Part shown: positions 1 to 10,102 of the stretch, in pieces
Layout: every line of letters starts with the position of its first letter
How positions within the stretch are numbered: the stretch's first letter is position 1
DNA from: an uncultured virus (IMG/VR IMGVR_UViG_3300016476_001224)
Lineage: Duplodnaviria > Heunggongvirae > Uroviricota > Caudoviricetes
Reading direction: 5' to 3' (one strand)
IMG/VR virus record: IMGVR_UViG_3300016476_001224
Length of the DNA stretch: 20,000 nucleotides
Made by a program: the position numbers and the translations under genes
Notes under the pieces: generated by a model
Database searches by the model: none
What the model was told of the DNA's origin: nothing
The model's input: the letters and a program-made list of their open reading frames with translations, nothing else

Positions 1-2
1 AT

Positions 3-3000
3 TTTGATTACCTAAAACAAGAACTTGTATCAACAAGATACTACTCAAAGTGTCTTAGTGGTGCTACTTATCTACCAATTAACAATGTAGATAATATCTA
101 TGATATTTTAGGTGAATATGAAACAAGAAACTGGTACATAGATAGTTCAGGTTCTCAATATTCATATACTGCAATTCCACAAAATGCAAGTCCTATCAAT
201 GGAATAACTTCAAATAATTACTATACTAAGTATTTATCTGAATATGGTTTGACATTGAAAAACTTATTTACCCCAGATAGACTAATAAAGGATTCTATTA
301 ATTATTTATATGTTGATGTTGCAACAATAGAAGAAATAAATTTAAGTTCTAAATATACTAATCTTATTATTGATGGTGTTAAATTACTTAATGGTCATAG
401 AGTTTTAGTAAAAGATCAAATTTCAACTGAAACTTTACCATTTGATACTGATCCAAATACTTACTTTAAGGGTAATTATACTTTAGTACAAGACTATGGT
501 GCTACAATAGAATATAGTTACTACAATTCTGAGAATGGTATTTATGTATTTAACAATGGTTACTTAACAAAGACTGATGATTTGTCTTTATATGAAGATT
601 GTATAAGATATAGTGTTTCAGTTAAATTAGGAACTATAAATACACAAAAACAATTTCATTTAAGTAGATTATTAAATGGATATTATCCTACATCATCTTT
701 GAATGAACCTGTTGAGTTTAAAGAAAAACATAATTGGTTATTAAGAAATAGAGTAGATTATAACAATTTATTTGAGATTAACTATTATGATGTTTTAAAA
801 CATGGTTCACAAACTTATACTATTAATTCAACTACTTATAGTATTCCTGAAAGAACTATTGCAGTTGGTGAATTTGGTGTTATATTAAATACACAAGGTG
901 GTATTTCAAATATAATTCCTAATAAATATAAAGTTAATTTAAGAAGTATTACTCAAACAGAACTATACTACTGGATTTGTGGAGATGATGGAACTTTATT
1001 AAAAGTTAGAAAACATGATTTTACTATAGAAAAGATTGAACTTAATATTATAAAGAATTTAAAATCTGTATCATTCTTTAATAACTTAAAAGGTGTTGTA
1101 GTTGGTGAATTAAATACAATATTAATAACAAATGATGGTGGTTTAAATTGGAATAGTATAATTGTAGATGATTTTGAATCTTATTACTATAATAAAGTTC
1201 TTTTCCTTACACAAGATAAAATCTATATTATTGGTAATACTGGAGTATTTATTGAATTAGAGGAAGATATTTCTGGATGGTCAGCATATAAAAGAAGAAT
1301 ATCTAAATTTATAGATGATTATGAAGAGTATTTATTAGTTGATAATATCAATGATATTATTTATACTAATATTAATTGGCATCTTTCATATAACTATGGT
1401 ACACAATCTATTACTGACCAAAAAGAACTACTATTATTAGTAACTGATAATGGTAAAGTAATTGCAAATGACTTAAATTCTACAACTAAGTTTGATTTCC
1501 TTTATTTAGAATTTCAAACACAATATGGTAATATTAATAATATTATACAGCAAGGGACATCAAGTATTTTTTACTTTTCTGGAGATAATGGAATATTAAA
1601 ATTTGATATTACTAATTTTAACACAATTGGAGATAATATTTATTCTAATAAAATATCAGGCCCTGATGCAGCAAATTTAAGTGAATTGTCTGTAAATAGA
1701 TTATTTGATTACAATTCTAATGATTTATTAATATGTGGTAATACATCTCTATTACAAACATCTACTTATAGTACTCCTTTAAACTTTAATATATTAGATT
1801 CTACTTTTGAATCAAGATTAAAATCTAAGATGTTATTTGTTGATTATGATGTTGCAAGTAAGTTAAACTTTTTTACTGATGCAGGTGATTATAGACTACC
1901 AAGTTCAACATCATTTAATTTAGTAACTTCATCAGATGATATTACTTATTCAAATAATCATTATTATCTTATGAATCCTAATATTAGTGGAAACTTAATA
2001 TCAACTATAAATGTTGATAGTCAAAGTGTTAATCCTAACAATATTGAGGTTACAATTAATCTATCTAATCCAGTAGGGATAAGTCATTTATTGGTTAATT
2101 TAAGATCACCAAATGGTAATGTAATAAATTTGAAAAGAGTAAATTCAGGAACAGGAACAACACTTGCAAATGTAACATTTTCAACATCAACAGAGTATAA
2201 TTACTTTAGAAATTCTTTAGCTCCTTATACTAGTCATACTTATCAAATGGATAAGATATTATCATTTAATCAATTTGCAAGATTTGCAATTTTAGAAAAT
2301 GTTGAACCTGAATTTTTTAATTTTGGTTACAATGCAAATACAAATAACTTAGTAGATTTATTAGATGAGAATGGTGGATTTTATGGTAATTGGGAATTAT
2401 ATATTGAATGGACTTCTATTAGTATATTTAGTAGGCCTAGTTTACCAATTACTTATCCAAATGGTACACTAATGGGTTGGGATTTAACATTTGTTTATTC
2501 AAGACCAAATGAAATAGATTTGAATTGTTTATCATTTGAACCTTTAGTTTATGGTCCAACTGCACCAAGTTTTATGACACAATCAGAAACTAACTGGTTA
2601 ACATATTGGAAAGATAGACAAAAGACATTTGAATATTATTCTGTTAATCCAGCAGATAAAAATAGTAAAGTTGAAATATCAACAGACTTTTGTAAAGCAG
2701 TTTCTTCTACAAGATATATCTATTCAATAACTAATCAATTGTCAGACATATCAAGATTAGCACCTTCTTTAGTAGATTTAACATCTAATAGATTTATTGG
2801 TGGTTCAGTTAGTATTTCATCACCTAATCAATTATATGATATTTATTTCTATGGTTACTTAATGATAGTTAGAGTTGATAGAAATTATCCTGTTAAAGTA
2901 GGTGATGTAATTAGCTTAACAAGTTCAGTTGTTGATAGTCAGTTTGTAGTTAATAGAGTTGAAACATTGCGTAACCCAACACATTTAGGACCTATTTTAA

Positions 3001-5657
3001 GACAAATAAATCTTGTAAGTAAGTATTTATATATGTATATGGATTTTAATGATAATATCATTACTGAATTGATGAGAACTCAGGATCCTATTACTATTAC
3101 AAACCTAAATAAGTTTACTGATTTAGATGAATTAAGTAATAAATTTAATACACATCCAATATCACATGGTTATGAATTAACATATGTAGATAATACAATT
3201 ACTATAGATAGTAAATTCAACAACATAACATCTTATTATAATTTAGCAACTCAAGTAATTGCCAATGGTGTTGATAATGCTGGTTTACCTTTAACAATAA
3301 CAAATGAAATGGTATATACTGATGGATTTTTAAAATTTGGATATACACCAACTTATAATCTATTAGATTATTTAGAAGGACTAAATGATACTACAAACCT
3401 AGCAACTGCTAAATTTAGAGCAGATAAAGAGTATTATGCAATGCCACATTACAAAGCTATTCCTTTAGAAGGTTCATTAAGTGGCAACTCATCTGGTCTT
3501 TACTTTAATTATAATGGTATTTTTGGTACAAATAGTTCAAATCAAAAACCAAGTAATATATTACAATTTGGTTCAGATTTAAAATTAGAATGGGAAAGTA
3601 TATTCTTAAATACATTTGTTGATATAGTAATGTATTCTGATTCTGATTACTATAATCCTACCAATGGTTCAACATTTAGCACTGAAAGGTTGTTAGTAAC
3701 AAAGAAATACTATAATAGTACATATGATACTTATGATATTGAGTTTGGAAAAAGTATAAATTTCCCTATTGGTAGTCAACCTAGATTTATTGATATTTTA
3801 TCAAGAAGAACATTATTACAAATAAGTGAGGATTTACAAGAATTAAATAATATTCAAAGACCAAGATTTGTAAATAAATCAATTATTGATAATAATGATA
3901 ACAACTTCTATAATTATGATAGAACTACAAGTTATAAAATATCTACTGATTCATACACTAAGATTTTATTATCAGATGTTGATACAATTAAAGAATTAAC
4001 TGCAGTTATTTATACTGATTATAAGAATGAATTAGCAATGAATATAACAAGACTTGCTAGAGAATATAATATTAAGATAGCTGATACAGATTCATATAAT
4101 GGTAATTTACTTATTATATGTGGTGAAAAACATGAATTGAAAAATGGAGATGGTGTTGTATTAGAATTTAATGGTGGTACTTATTCTTCACAAGTATTAA
4201 ATCAACAATACTTTGGTTATCATACTGTCAATGTTGTTGATGACTATAAAGTATGGATAGATATTGATTATGTTAATAACACTATTGTTAATGATACAGG
4301 ATATTTGAAATACACTAAGAGTGATCCTTTCTTTAATTATCAACCAGTTGATATAATTGATGTAGGTGTTAATAAAAAAGGTAAAATTGCAATAGAATTG
4401 AATATTGACAATTTAAAATTAACTAATGATGTTTATAGTTTAGTTAATGTAGATTACAACAAATATAGATTTAGATTAATTGATGGATTAAACATTGAAA
4501 CATTATCACTTAAATATCCTTGGATATTAGAAGCAGAGGTTTCTGGTGCCTTATTAGGACTTGACACAAATGGTTTAGTTTGGTATAAAGGTTATTGGGA
4601 ATGTGGTAGATGGTTTGGTGGTACTTGGATATCAGGTACTTGGAAGTCAGGAGACTGGTATGCTGGTATATGGAATTCTAAAAAGATAACAGATAATTTA
4701 ATATCAGTTGAAGTAGATAATAGTGTATCAGATACTATACAATCAACTTGGTTTGGTGGTAGATGGTATGATGGTACTTGGAATAATGGTACTTGGGTAG
4801 ATGGTAGATGGTATGGTGGTACTTGGAATGCAGGTGACTGGTATAAAGGTATATGGAATGATGGTACTTGGAATAATGGTATTTTCTCAGGTGGTGTTTG
4901 GGTACTTGGTACCTGGAATGGTGGTGTATTTAATTGTGATAATGAACCTTCTTACTGGATTGATGGTAAGTGGAATGGTGGTGACTTTGAAAATGGTATT
5001 TGGTATAATGGTATTTTTGAAGAGAAAAATTCACTTTCAAGATTTGGAACAAAAGCTTACAATAGTAGAACTGCAAATTGGAAATCTGGTAAATGGTTAA
5101 GTGGTAGTTTCTATTCAAGATTAATTACAGATAATAGTGGAGTTCCAGTAACTTCAATATCTCATAAATATTCAATTTGGAAAACAGGTATTTGGTATAC
5201 AGGTGATTGGTATGGTGGTATTTCATATAATATGGATTTTCAATCAGGAAACTGGTATGGTGGTATATTAGAAGATATACAAATTATTGGCATTTCCTAT
5301 AATACTTCTAATCCTGTGGATAGTTATATTACACTAAATGGTGAGTTTGAGTTTAATATTAGTGATGATATACATATTTTAAATACATTTGGAACTACAA
5401 GTAGTATTGAAGGTAAATATGAACTTATAAAATGTAAAACAGATACTATAAATAAGAAAACTAAACTTTATATTAGTATTCCTGATGGCTATAATACATC
5501 TAATGATGATAATGAAACAGGATTAAGAGTAGTTAGTAGATTTAGAAGTGCCAATTGGAAATCAGGTATTTGGACTAATGGTATCTATGAAACTGGACTT
5601 TGGGAAGGTGGTATTTGGTATAATGGTTTATTCAAAGATGGTGCAAATTGGATGTAA
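3..5657 (+). CDS. Very large mosaic virion structural protein (putative tail/baseplate/fibre-associated), 5'-truncated by the window
   Basis: The frame is open from position 3 (FDYLKQELVSTRYYSKCLSG...), so the TTG at 249 is not the true start. Contains a phage tail-fibre-type motif (VDVAT...IIDGVKLLNGHRVLVKDQ...SENGIY), BNR/Ycf48-like propeller repeats (WICGDDGTLLK, GVVVGELNTILITNDGGLNW), a proprotein-convertase P-domain-like segment (IEVTINLSN...LLVNLRSPNGNVINL...GNWELYI) and a C-terminal WxxGx repeat. Confidence 0.7.
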   Translation, partial: FDYLKQELVSTRYYSKCLSGATYLPINNVDNIYDILGEYETRNWYIDSSGSQYSYTAIPQNASPINGITSNNYYTKYLSEYGLTLKNLFTPDRLIKDSINYLYVDVATIEEINLSSKYTNLIIDGVKLLNGHRVLVKDQISTETLPFDTDPNTYFKGNYTLVQDYGATIEYSYYNSENGIYVFNNGYLTKTDDLSLYEDCIRYSVSVKLGTINTQKQFHLSRLLNGYYPTSSLNEPVEFKEKHNWLLRNRVDYNNLFEINYYDVLKHGSQTYTINSTTYSIPERTIAVGEFGVILNTQGGISNIIPNKYKVNLRSITQTELYYWICGDDGTLLKVRKHDFTIEKIELNIIKNLKSVSFFNNLKGVVVGELNTILITNDGGLNWNSIIVDDFESYYYNKVLFLTQDKIYIIGNTGVFIELEEDISGWSAYKRRISKFIDDYEEYLLVDNINDIIYTNINWHLSYNYGTQSITDQKELLLLVTDNGKVIANDLNSTTKFDFLYLEFQTQYGNINNIIQQGTSSIFYFSGDNGILKFDITNFNTIGDNIYSNKISGPDAANLSELSVNRLFDYNSNDLLICGNTSLLQTSTYSTPLNFNILDSTFESRLKSKMLFVDYDVASKLNFFTDAGDYRLPSSTSFNLVTSSDDITYSNNHYYLMNPNISGNLISTINVDSQSVNPNNIEVTINLSNPVGISHLLVNLRSPNGNVINLKRVNSGTGTTLANVTFSTSTEYNYFRNSLAPYTSHTYQMDKILSFNQFARFAILENVEPEFFNFGYNANTNNLVDLLDENGGFYGNWELYIEWTSISIFSRPSLPITYPNGTLMGWDLTFVYSRPNEIDLNCLSFEPLVYGPTAPSFMTQSETNWLTYWKDRQKTFEYYSVNPADKNSKVEISTDFCKAVSSTRYIYSITNQLSDISRLAPSLVDLTSNRFIGGSVSISSPNQLYDIYFYGYLMIVRVDRNYPVKVGDVISLTSSVVDSQFVVNRVETLRNPTHLGPILRQINLVSKYLYMYMDFNDNIITELMRTQDPITITNLNKFTDLDELSNKFNTHPISHGYELTYVDNTITIDSKFNNITSYYNLATQVIANGVDNAGLPLTITNEMVYTDGFLKFGYTPTYNLLDYLEGLNDTTNLATAKFRADKEYYAMPHYKAIPLEGSLSGNSSGLYFNYNGIFGTNSSNQKPSNILQFGSDLKLEWESIFLNTFVDIVMYSDSDYYNPTNGSTFSTERLLVTKKYYNSTYDTYDIEFGKSINFPIGSQPRFIDILSRRTLLQISEDLQELNNIQRPRFVNKSIIDNNDNNFYNYDRTTSYKISTDSYTKILLSDVDTIKELTAVIYTDYKNELAMNITRLAREYNIKIADTDSYNGNLLIICGEKHELKNGDGVVLEFNGGTYSSQVLNQQYFGYHTVNVVDDYKVWIDIDYVNNTIVNDTGYLKYTKSDPFFNYQPVDIIDVGVNKKGKIAIELNIDNLKLTNDVYSLVNVDYNKYRFRLIDGLNIETLSLKYPWILEAEVSGALLGLDTNGLVWYKGYWECGRWFGGTWISGTWKSGDWYAGIWNSKKITDNLISVEVDNSVSDTIQSTWFGGRWYDGTWNNGTWVDGRWYGGTWNAGDWYKGIWNDGTWNNGIFSGGVWVLGTWNGGVFNCDNEPSYWIDGKWNGGDFENGIWYNGIFEEKNSLSRFGTKAYNSRTANWKSGKWLSGSFYSRLITDNSGVPVTSISHKYSIWKTGIWYTGDWYGGISYNMDFQSGNWYGGILEDIQIIGISYNTSNPVDSYITLNGEFEFNISDDIHILNTFGTTSSIEGKYELIKCKTDTINKKTKLYISIPDGYNTSNDDNETGLRVVSRFRSANWKSGIWTNGIYETGLWEGGIWYNGLFKDGANWM
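4581..5654 (+). repeat. Coding W-x-x-G-x pentapeptide repeat (15-bp period) in several blocks
   Basis: WYKGY WECGR WFGGT WISGT WKSGD WYAGI ... WFGGR WYDGT WNNGT WVDGR WYGGT WNAGD WYKGI WNDGT WNNGI ... WKSGI WTNGI YETGL WEGGI WYNGL; DNA units such as tggaataatggtact. Confidence 0.9.
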
Positions 5658-5662
5658 AAAGT

Positions 5663-5671
5663 TAATATATA
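5663..5671 (+). promoter_or_regulatory. Putative phage late promoter TAATATATA, 4 nt before ATG 5676
   Basis: The same 9-mer recurs at 10073, 13175, 16058 (+) and 7375-7383 (-), always just upstream of a start codon; it resembles the T4 late promoter TATAAATA. Confidence 0.6.
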
Positions 5672-5675
5672 GATT

Positions 5676-6071
5676 ATGATAAAAAGATATACACAATTTG
5701 TAAATGAGGCTGGTGAGACCAGTATTGATGAGACACCAGGTGTTAAATCATTAGATTCTAATAAATTTTCTGAACTTAAAGAAGAGGTTAAGAAAATGAT
5801 TGATAATACTATCTCTAAGAGTGGTGGTGAGTTTGCTTCTTTTGTTGAATCATTAAAGAAGAATCCAGAAGATGTTAAAGTTGAAGGATTTATAAATGAT
5901 GCTGATATATATGATTTTTATCTTAAATATAGAAATGATATAGATGAATTACTTAATGGTGTTAAGTTTTATGATGAAGCACCTACAAGTGTTAATGCAT
6001 ATGGTTTATATGAATACACAATAAAGGGAACTGAAAAGGCCTTTAGTGAAATAGTTAAAATGTTACAATAA
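5676..6071 (+). CDS. Hypothetical protein with T4 internal-protein-like N-terminus (putative head-internal protein)
   Basis: 131-aa ORF beginning MIKRYTQFVNE-A, compare T4 IPII/IPIII MKTYQEFIAE; preceded by TAATATATA. Confidence 0.6.
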   Translation: MIKRYTQFVNEAGETSIDETPGVKSLDSNKFSELKEEVKKMIDNTISKSGGEFASFVESLKKNPEDVKVEGFINDADIYDFYLKYRNDIDELLNGVKFYDEAPTSVNAYGLYEYTIKGTEKAFSEIVKMLQ

Positions 6072-6073
6072 TT

Positions 6074-6331
6074 ATGAGATACTTAGAGGGTTATAAAAGT
6101 TTTTTTTATACTGATGATGATTTACCTAATCAAGAAATGCTTGATTGGGTAGAAGAGTATAAATATAATAATTCACATATTGAATTATCATCAAAGTTTA
6201 CACACATGAGTGATGATAATTACTATAGTGATATAAATACTATGAGAGATGAATTTTTGAAAAAATTCCATGATGAATTATTAGGTCTATCATATACTCA
6301 AACTATTGATGTATTTAACTCTTGTTTATAA
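6074..6331 (+). CDS. Hypothetical acidic protein (85 aa)
   Basis: Starts 2 nt after the previous stop; N-terminus MRYLEGYKSF is a weak variant of the MKYLKxFE motif; 3' end overlaps the convergent HNH gene by 17 nt. Confidence 0.6.
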   Translation: MRYLEGYKSFFYTDDDLPNQEMLDWVEEYKYNNSHIELSSKFTHMSDDNYYSDINTMRDEFLKKFHDELLGLSYTQTIDVFNSCL

Positions 6332-7340
6332 AATCATATTCATTTAATTGACTTTTCTTACTATTTATAATTCTTTTAGTTATACATAAATTGGATATAT
6401 CTGAAATAACACTAGTATCTAAATTATTTATAAATCCATAAAAACAAGAAATTTTATGGTCTATTGATGGATAATTATTATCATTTTTATTTAGATTGAA
6501 ATTATCTTTAATATATTCATTATCATAATAATCATAACCATTCCATTCACTAAATAACTTTTCTCTTAAAAGGTCTGTTTCATACCTAACTTTCCTTCTA
6601 TAAATTCTAAATAAATCTAATTTATATTTATCTCCATTAAAACTCCATTCTTTTTCTAAACTTTTATAAATTATGTTATTCTTTATACCAACTTGTATTT
6701 CTTTATTACCAAATGGTGATATATGACCATATTTCTCTAAATTACTTTCTTGTATCTTCTTTTTAATTTCTGGTATATGAAATGAATATGATGCCCCATA
6801 TTTATTAAACATACCTTTCTTTTTCAATTCATTATTATCAATAGTTGATAAGAAAGTAAAATATTCACCACTTTCTTTCTTATTTTTAATATTTTCTTTT
6901 ATTTTAATTGAATTATTTTTCTTAAAACCATCAGTTTGTGTAAATAAACTACCATATTTATCTATTTGTGTTTTATTTGATTTATCTCTAAATTTCTTTG
7001 ATGACATCCAATTACTTTGTCTTTCTTTTAACTCTGGAAGTTGTGTTATATATTCAACACCATATTTTTCAGAGTTTGTTTTTTTCCTTTTAATACTGGA
7101 ACATTTTTTACAAGAGTAGAAACCACCTCTATCAAAATTTTTATTATACTTATCAAATGATAAATTATTTTCACATTTACATATCTCACATATAGCAATT
7201 ACTATATTTTTAGATCTTTTAGGCATTGTTGATACATCTACTAATATAATATCACCTACATTACAATTATAATTTTTATCATTATAGTATTTTTTATTTC
7301 TTGTAGTTATTTCAACTTTAGACACATTATTTTTAACCAT
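6315..7340 (-). CDS. Free-standing HNH-type homing endonuclease-like protein with zinc ribbon and (E/D/N)KYG repeats
   Basis: N-terminal CEIC...CKKC; four KYG repeats (TNSEKYGVEY, TQIDKYGSLF, MFNKYGASY, SNLEKYGHIS); C-terminal YPSIDHKIS...ISNLCITKRIINSKK matching the HNH DH...NL...N pattern; Lys-rich; the only credible minus-strand gene. Confidence 0.7.
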   Translation of the reverse strand: MVKNNVSKVEITTRNKKYYNDKNYNCNVGDIILVDVSTMPKRSKNIVIAICEICKCENNLSFDKYNKNFDRGGFYSCKKCSSIKRKKTNSEKYGVEYITQLPELKERQSNWMSSKKFRDKSNKTQIDKYGSLFTQTDGFKKNNSIKIKENIKNKKESGEYFTFLSTIDNNELKKKGMFNKYGASYSFHIPEIKKKIQESNLEKYGHISPFGNKEIQVGIKNNIIYKSLEKEWSFNGDKYKLDLFRIYRRKVRYETDLLREKLFSEWNGYDYYDNEYIKDNFNLNKNDNNYPSIDHKISCFYGFINNLDTSVISDISNLCITKRIINSKKSQLNEYDFINKS

Positions 7341-7357
7341 TTGAAGAATAATTATTT

Positions 7358-7383
7358 TTATATATACATTAAAATATATATTA
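7358..7383. promoter_or_regulatory. Divergent promoter region: TTATATATAC (+, 7358-7367) and TAATATATA (-, 7375-7383)
   Basis: The 47-bp gap between divergent genes carries an exact motif copy on the minus strand and a one-mismatch copy on the plus strand. Confidence 0.45.
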
Positions 7384-7387
7384 AATT

Positions 7388-10054
7388 ATGTCTTGTCCCT
7401 TGTATAAGAAATTAAAAACTAATGGAACATCTTTCTATGCATTTCCAAGTGCAGCAGAAGACATTTCAGCAGCATATCAAAACTCAAATTATAAAATGTA
7501 TTTCTCTAAATATGTTTTACTTAATTTACCTAAGCAAAACTTAAATCCAGGTTCAGGAACTGCATCAAAACCAGTTTATTTTGACTTTGATAATGCTTTC
7601 AAAAAGTCAGTTACTGCAACATTACCAGCAGATTTTAAAGACCAAATAATTGAATCTTTAAGAAATTATGTTGCCAATCAAGAAGTTGTTATAAGAGAAT
7701 CTAGATTAAACAATACTAATTATTATTATGATAATAATGCACTTGAAACTACAACAGAAAAGATTTTCTACAAATGGGCTAAGAAGTTAAATCTTATTGA
7801 TTTTGAACCAGCTATACCAGATGATGAGTATTTCAGTTCATTTGCAGAGTTTCAATCTGCTAATATTACTGACCCTGAATATTTCCCTGAATACTTATGG
7901 AAAGAAAGAGAATTAACAGAATGGAGTACATCTACATTTAGAAATGATGGTAATAACTTATTACAAATAGAATTTAATGGAACTACAAACTTTAGAGTTG
8001 GTGATATTGTTAATATTTATAACATAAGTAATTCAACTATTAGTGGTGAAATAGGTGGGAATACAAGTACAGGAATTAATGTAAAAGTAACAAGTATTAT
8101 TCCACCAGATGGAATATTAGGACAATTAGTTACATTCAATATAAATTATTTTTCAGATACTCAAACTGAAATTACAGGTAAAGCAAAATTAGTTTATAAT
8201 AGATTAGTACAATATATTGGTGAAGTAAATGGTATATCTAATGTACAAGAAGCTAATCGTTCTTATACAGAAGTTTATGCACATATTCCTGACCATACTG
8301 GACAAACTCCAGATATTCTTTTTAGAACAATGCAAGATGTAAATTATAAACCTAATTTATCATTTCCTATAGTTGCTTCTCAATATCAAGCAGAGATTAT
8401 GGGGGCTGGTGAAACACAAGGTTTTAGTTCACCAATTGTTAATTCACCTTTAAATTACCCTGGATCTTACTTAGGTCAATTTGATACTTTAGATTGGACT
8501 TATGATACTGCACCTGGTGATTCAATAAGAAGAAGTGGTGCTTATTATGGTGTTTCTGGTGATACAAATACACCAGTTGTAAATGGTAATACTATTGATG
8601 GTATTACAATGGATTTCAATACTGCTCACTATGTTAAAATGAATATCTTAGGTAGAAACTTAACTAACTTTGATCAATTTAATGCTCTTTCAGTTAATAA
8701 TTTACCACCATCTGATTTTGAATTTAATGCAATATTATGGTATTATACAGTTGAGGATTCAGCTGGTAATCAAAGAACTAATTTATATGGTATTTCTTTC
8801 TTAGACAATCCAGATAATAATGTAATTGAAGATGAAAGAGGATTAAGATTTCCAGTTTATAAAAAGTTTGTAACTAATGGTAGTCAAGATGGTACATCAT
8901 ATGCATTTAGTTTAAACTTAAACTTTAATATAATCAATGAGAATCCTGTTGATAGTTATAATCCTGAGGCAATCAATTCAATGTTTAGTATGAACTTATT
9001 TAATCAGTCAATGAGTAGATTATCTTCAACTAATGATAGTTTCTTGAATCTAATTGCAGAACAAGGAACTATAAGAGATGAAGTAAATGCTTTAAAAGGA
9101 TTAATATACACTCAAACAGATTTAGCCACAATAAATTCAAAAATACAAAACTTAGAAAATCTATTAAGATTATATTCTACAAATCAACTTGTTTCAACTG
9201 ATACAATTGAGGTTAGTACTGTAACTGGTACACCTCCAACAATTAGATTGAATACTGTAAATACTTCATATGAAAGAGTTTATGTTTATAATGCAACTGA
9301 TATGTATAATACTCAAGGTGTTATAGCTACAAATTTATCAGTACCTAATAATAGAGATTTCTTAGTTAATTTTACTAATAATGATGAGGTTGAACTTTCA
9401 TTTACTGCAAGTAATTTAACATTTGTATTAGATAGAGATTTATATTACAGACAGTCAGTTGACTTTATGATTGAAGGTGGTCAATATGCATCACAAAATA
9501 AGAAATTAGATATTTATATGAATAGTGATATTTCAAATACTACTACACAAAATACTCAAGTTCTTATTGTTGGTGGAATAGATTTACCTGTTTATTATAA
9601 TACTATATCACAAAACCCTAACTCTGCTTATTTATGGAAAGACTTCAAGTTTAATATTGATTTCACAAAAGAAATAACTTTAGAATATGGTAATAAACTT
9701 AGAGTTTACTTTGATATGAATTCCAACATTGTATCAAACTCTATAAAAGTAGGAGATGTATTGACATTAAACAATTTATTTGTAGGTACTGCATCTGTTT
9801 ATGATTACTCTGGACAATATAATGTTATTGCCAATAATTCTTATGTTGAATTTGATATTTCATCTAATACAAGTTTAGTTAATTATGCAAATAGTATTAA
9901 TGTATATCCAATAGTATTACATGGAACACAATCATCTTTACTATCTAATATTCCTTATTTTTCTTTAAATAAAGGTAAGAAAATTAGATTAACAAGAGTT
10001 TCAGATTCAACAATTCTTAAAGAAAGATATTCTGTAAATGTTCTTGATTTGTAA
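7388..10054 (+). CDS. Large putative virion structural protein (888 aa)
   Basis: Long N/T/S-rich, beta-strand-like ORF inside the structural block; short coiled-coil segment (IRDEVNALKGLI...INSKIQNLENLL); small-barrel-like motifs FRVGDIVNI and IKVGDVLTL. Exact function not recognisable. Confidence 0.55.
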   Translation: MSCPLYKKLKTNGTSFYAFPSAAEDISAAYQNSNYKMYFSKYVLLNLPKQNLNPGSGTASKPVYFDFDNAFKKSVTATLPADFKDQIIESLRNYVANQEVVIRESRLNNTNYYYDNNALETTTEKIFYKWAKKLNLIDFEPAIPDDEYFSSFAEFQSANITDPEYFPEYLWKERELTEWSTSTFRNDGNNLLQIEFNGTTNFRVGDIVNIYNISNSTISGEIGGNTSTGINVKVTSIIPPDGILGQLVTFNINYFSDTQTEITGKAKLVYNRLVQYIGEVNGISNVQEANRSYTEVYAHIPDHTGQTPDILFRTMQDVNYKPNLSFPIVASQYQAEIMGAGETQGFSSPIVNSPLNYPGSYLGQFDTLDWTYDTAPGDSIRRSGAYYGVSGDTNTPVVNGNTIDGITMDFNTAHYVKMNILGRNLTNFDQFNALSVNNLPPSDFEFNAILWYYTVEDSAGNQRTNLYGISFLDNPDNNVIEDERGLRFPVYKKFVTNGSQDGTSYAFSLNLNFNIINENPVDSYNPEAINSMFSMNLFNQSMSRLSSTNDSFLNLIAEQGTIRDEVNALKGLIYTQTDLATINSKIQNLENLLRLYSTNQLVSTDTIEVSTVTGTPPTIRLNTVNTSYERVYVYNATDMYNTQGVIATNLSVPNNRDFLVNFTNNDEVELSFTASNLTFVLDRDLYYRQSVDFMIEGGQYASQNKKLDIYMNSDISNTTTQNTQVLIVGGIDLPVYYNTISQNPNSAYLWKDFKFNIDFTKEITLEYGNKLRVYFDMNSNIVSNSIKVGDVLTLNNLFVGTASVYDYSGQYNVIANNSYVEFDISSNTSLVNYANSINVYPIVLHGTQSSLLSNIPYFSLNKGKKIRLTRVSDSTILKERYSVNVLDL

Positions 10055-10099
10055 TTATTAGTTTTTAGTTTTTAATATATACATAAAAACTAATAATTA
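10052..10099 (+). promoter_or_regulatory. Perfect 16-bp inverted repeat with TAATATATAC in its loop, ending 3 nt before ATG 10103
   Basis: taattattagttttta (10052-10067) pairs with taaaaactaataatta (10084-10099); the loop gtttttaatatataca contains the motif at 10073-10082. Confidence 0.7.
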
Positions 10100-10102
10100 A
10101 TT

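Noticed and set aside
249..251. TTG start assigned to the 1802-aa ORF
   Set aside because: The frame is open back to position 3 with no stop, so the gene begins upstream of the window.
4740..5010. 15-bp periodic DNA as a possible CRISPR array or ncRNA repeat
   Set aside because: Degenerate in-frame coding repeat with no constant repeat plus unique spacer structure and no cas genes in the window.
4801..5118. Alternative-frame ORFs 4801-5100 (+) and 4930-5118 (-)
   Set aside because: Shadows of the WxxGx repeat (tggt/atgg periodicity gives M/V-rich text); fully inside a well-supported gene.
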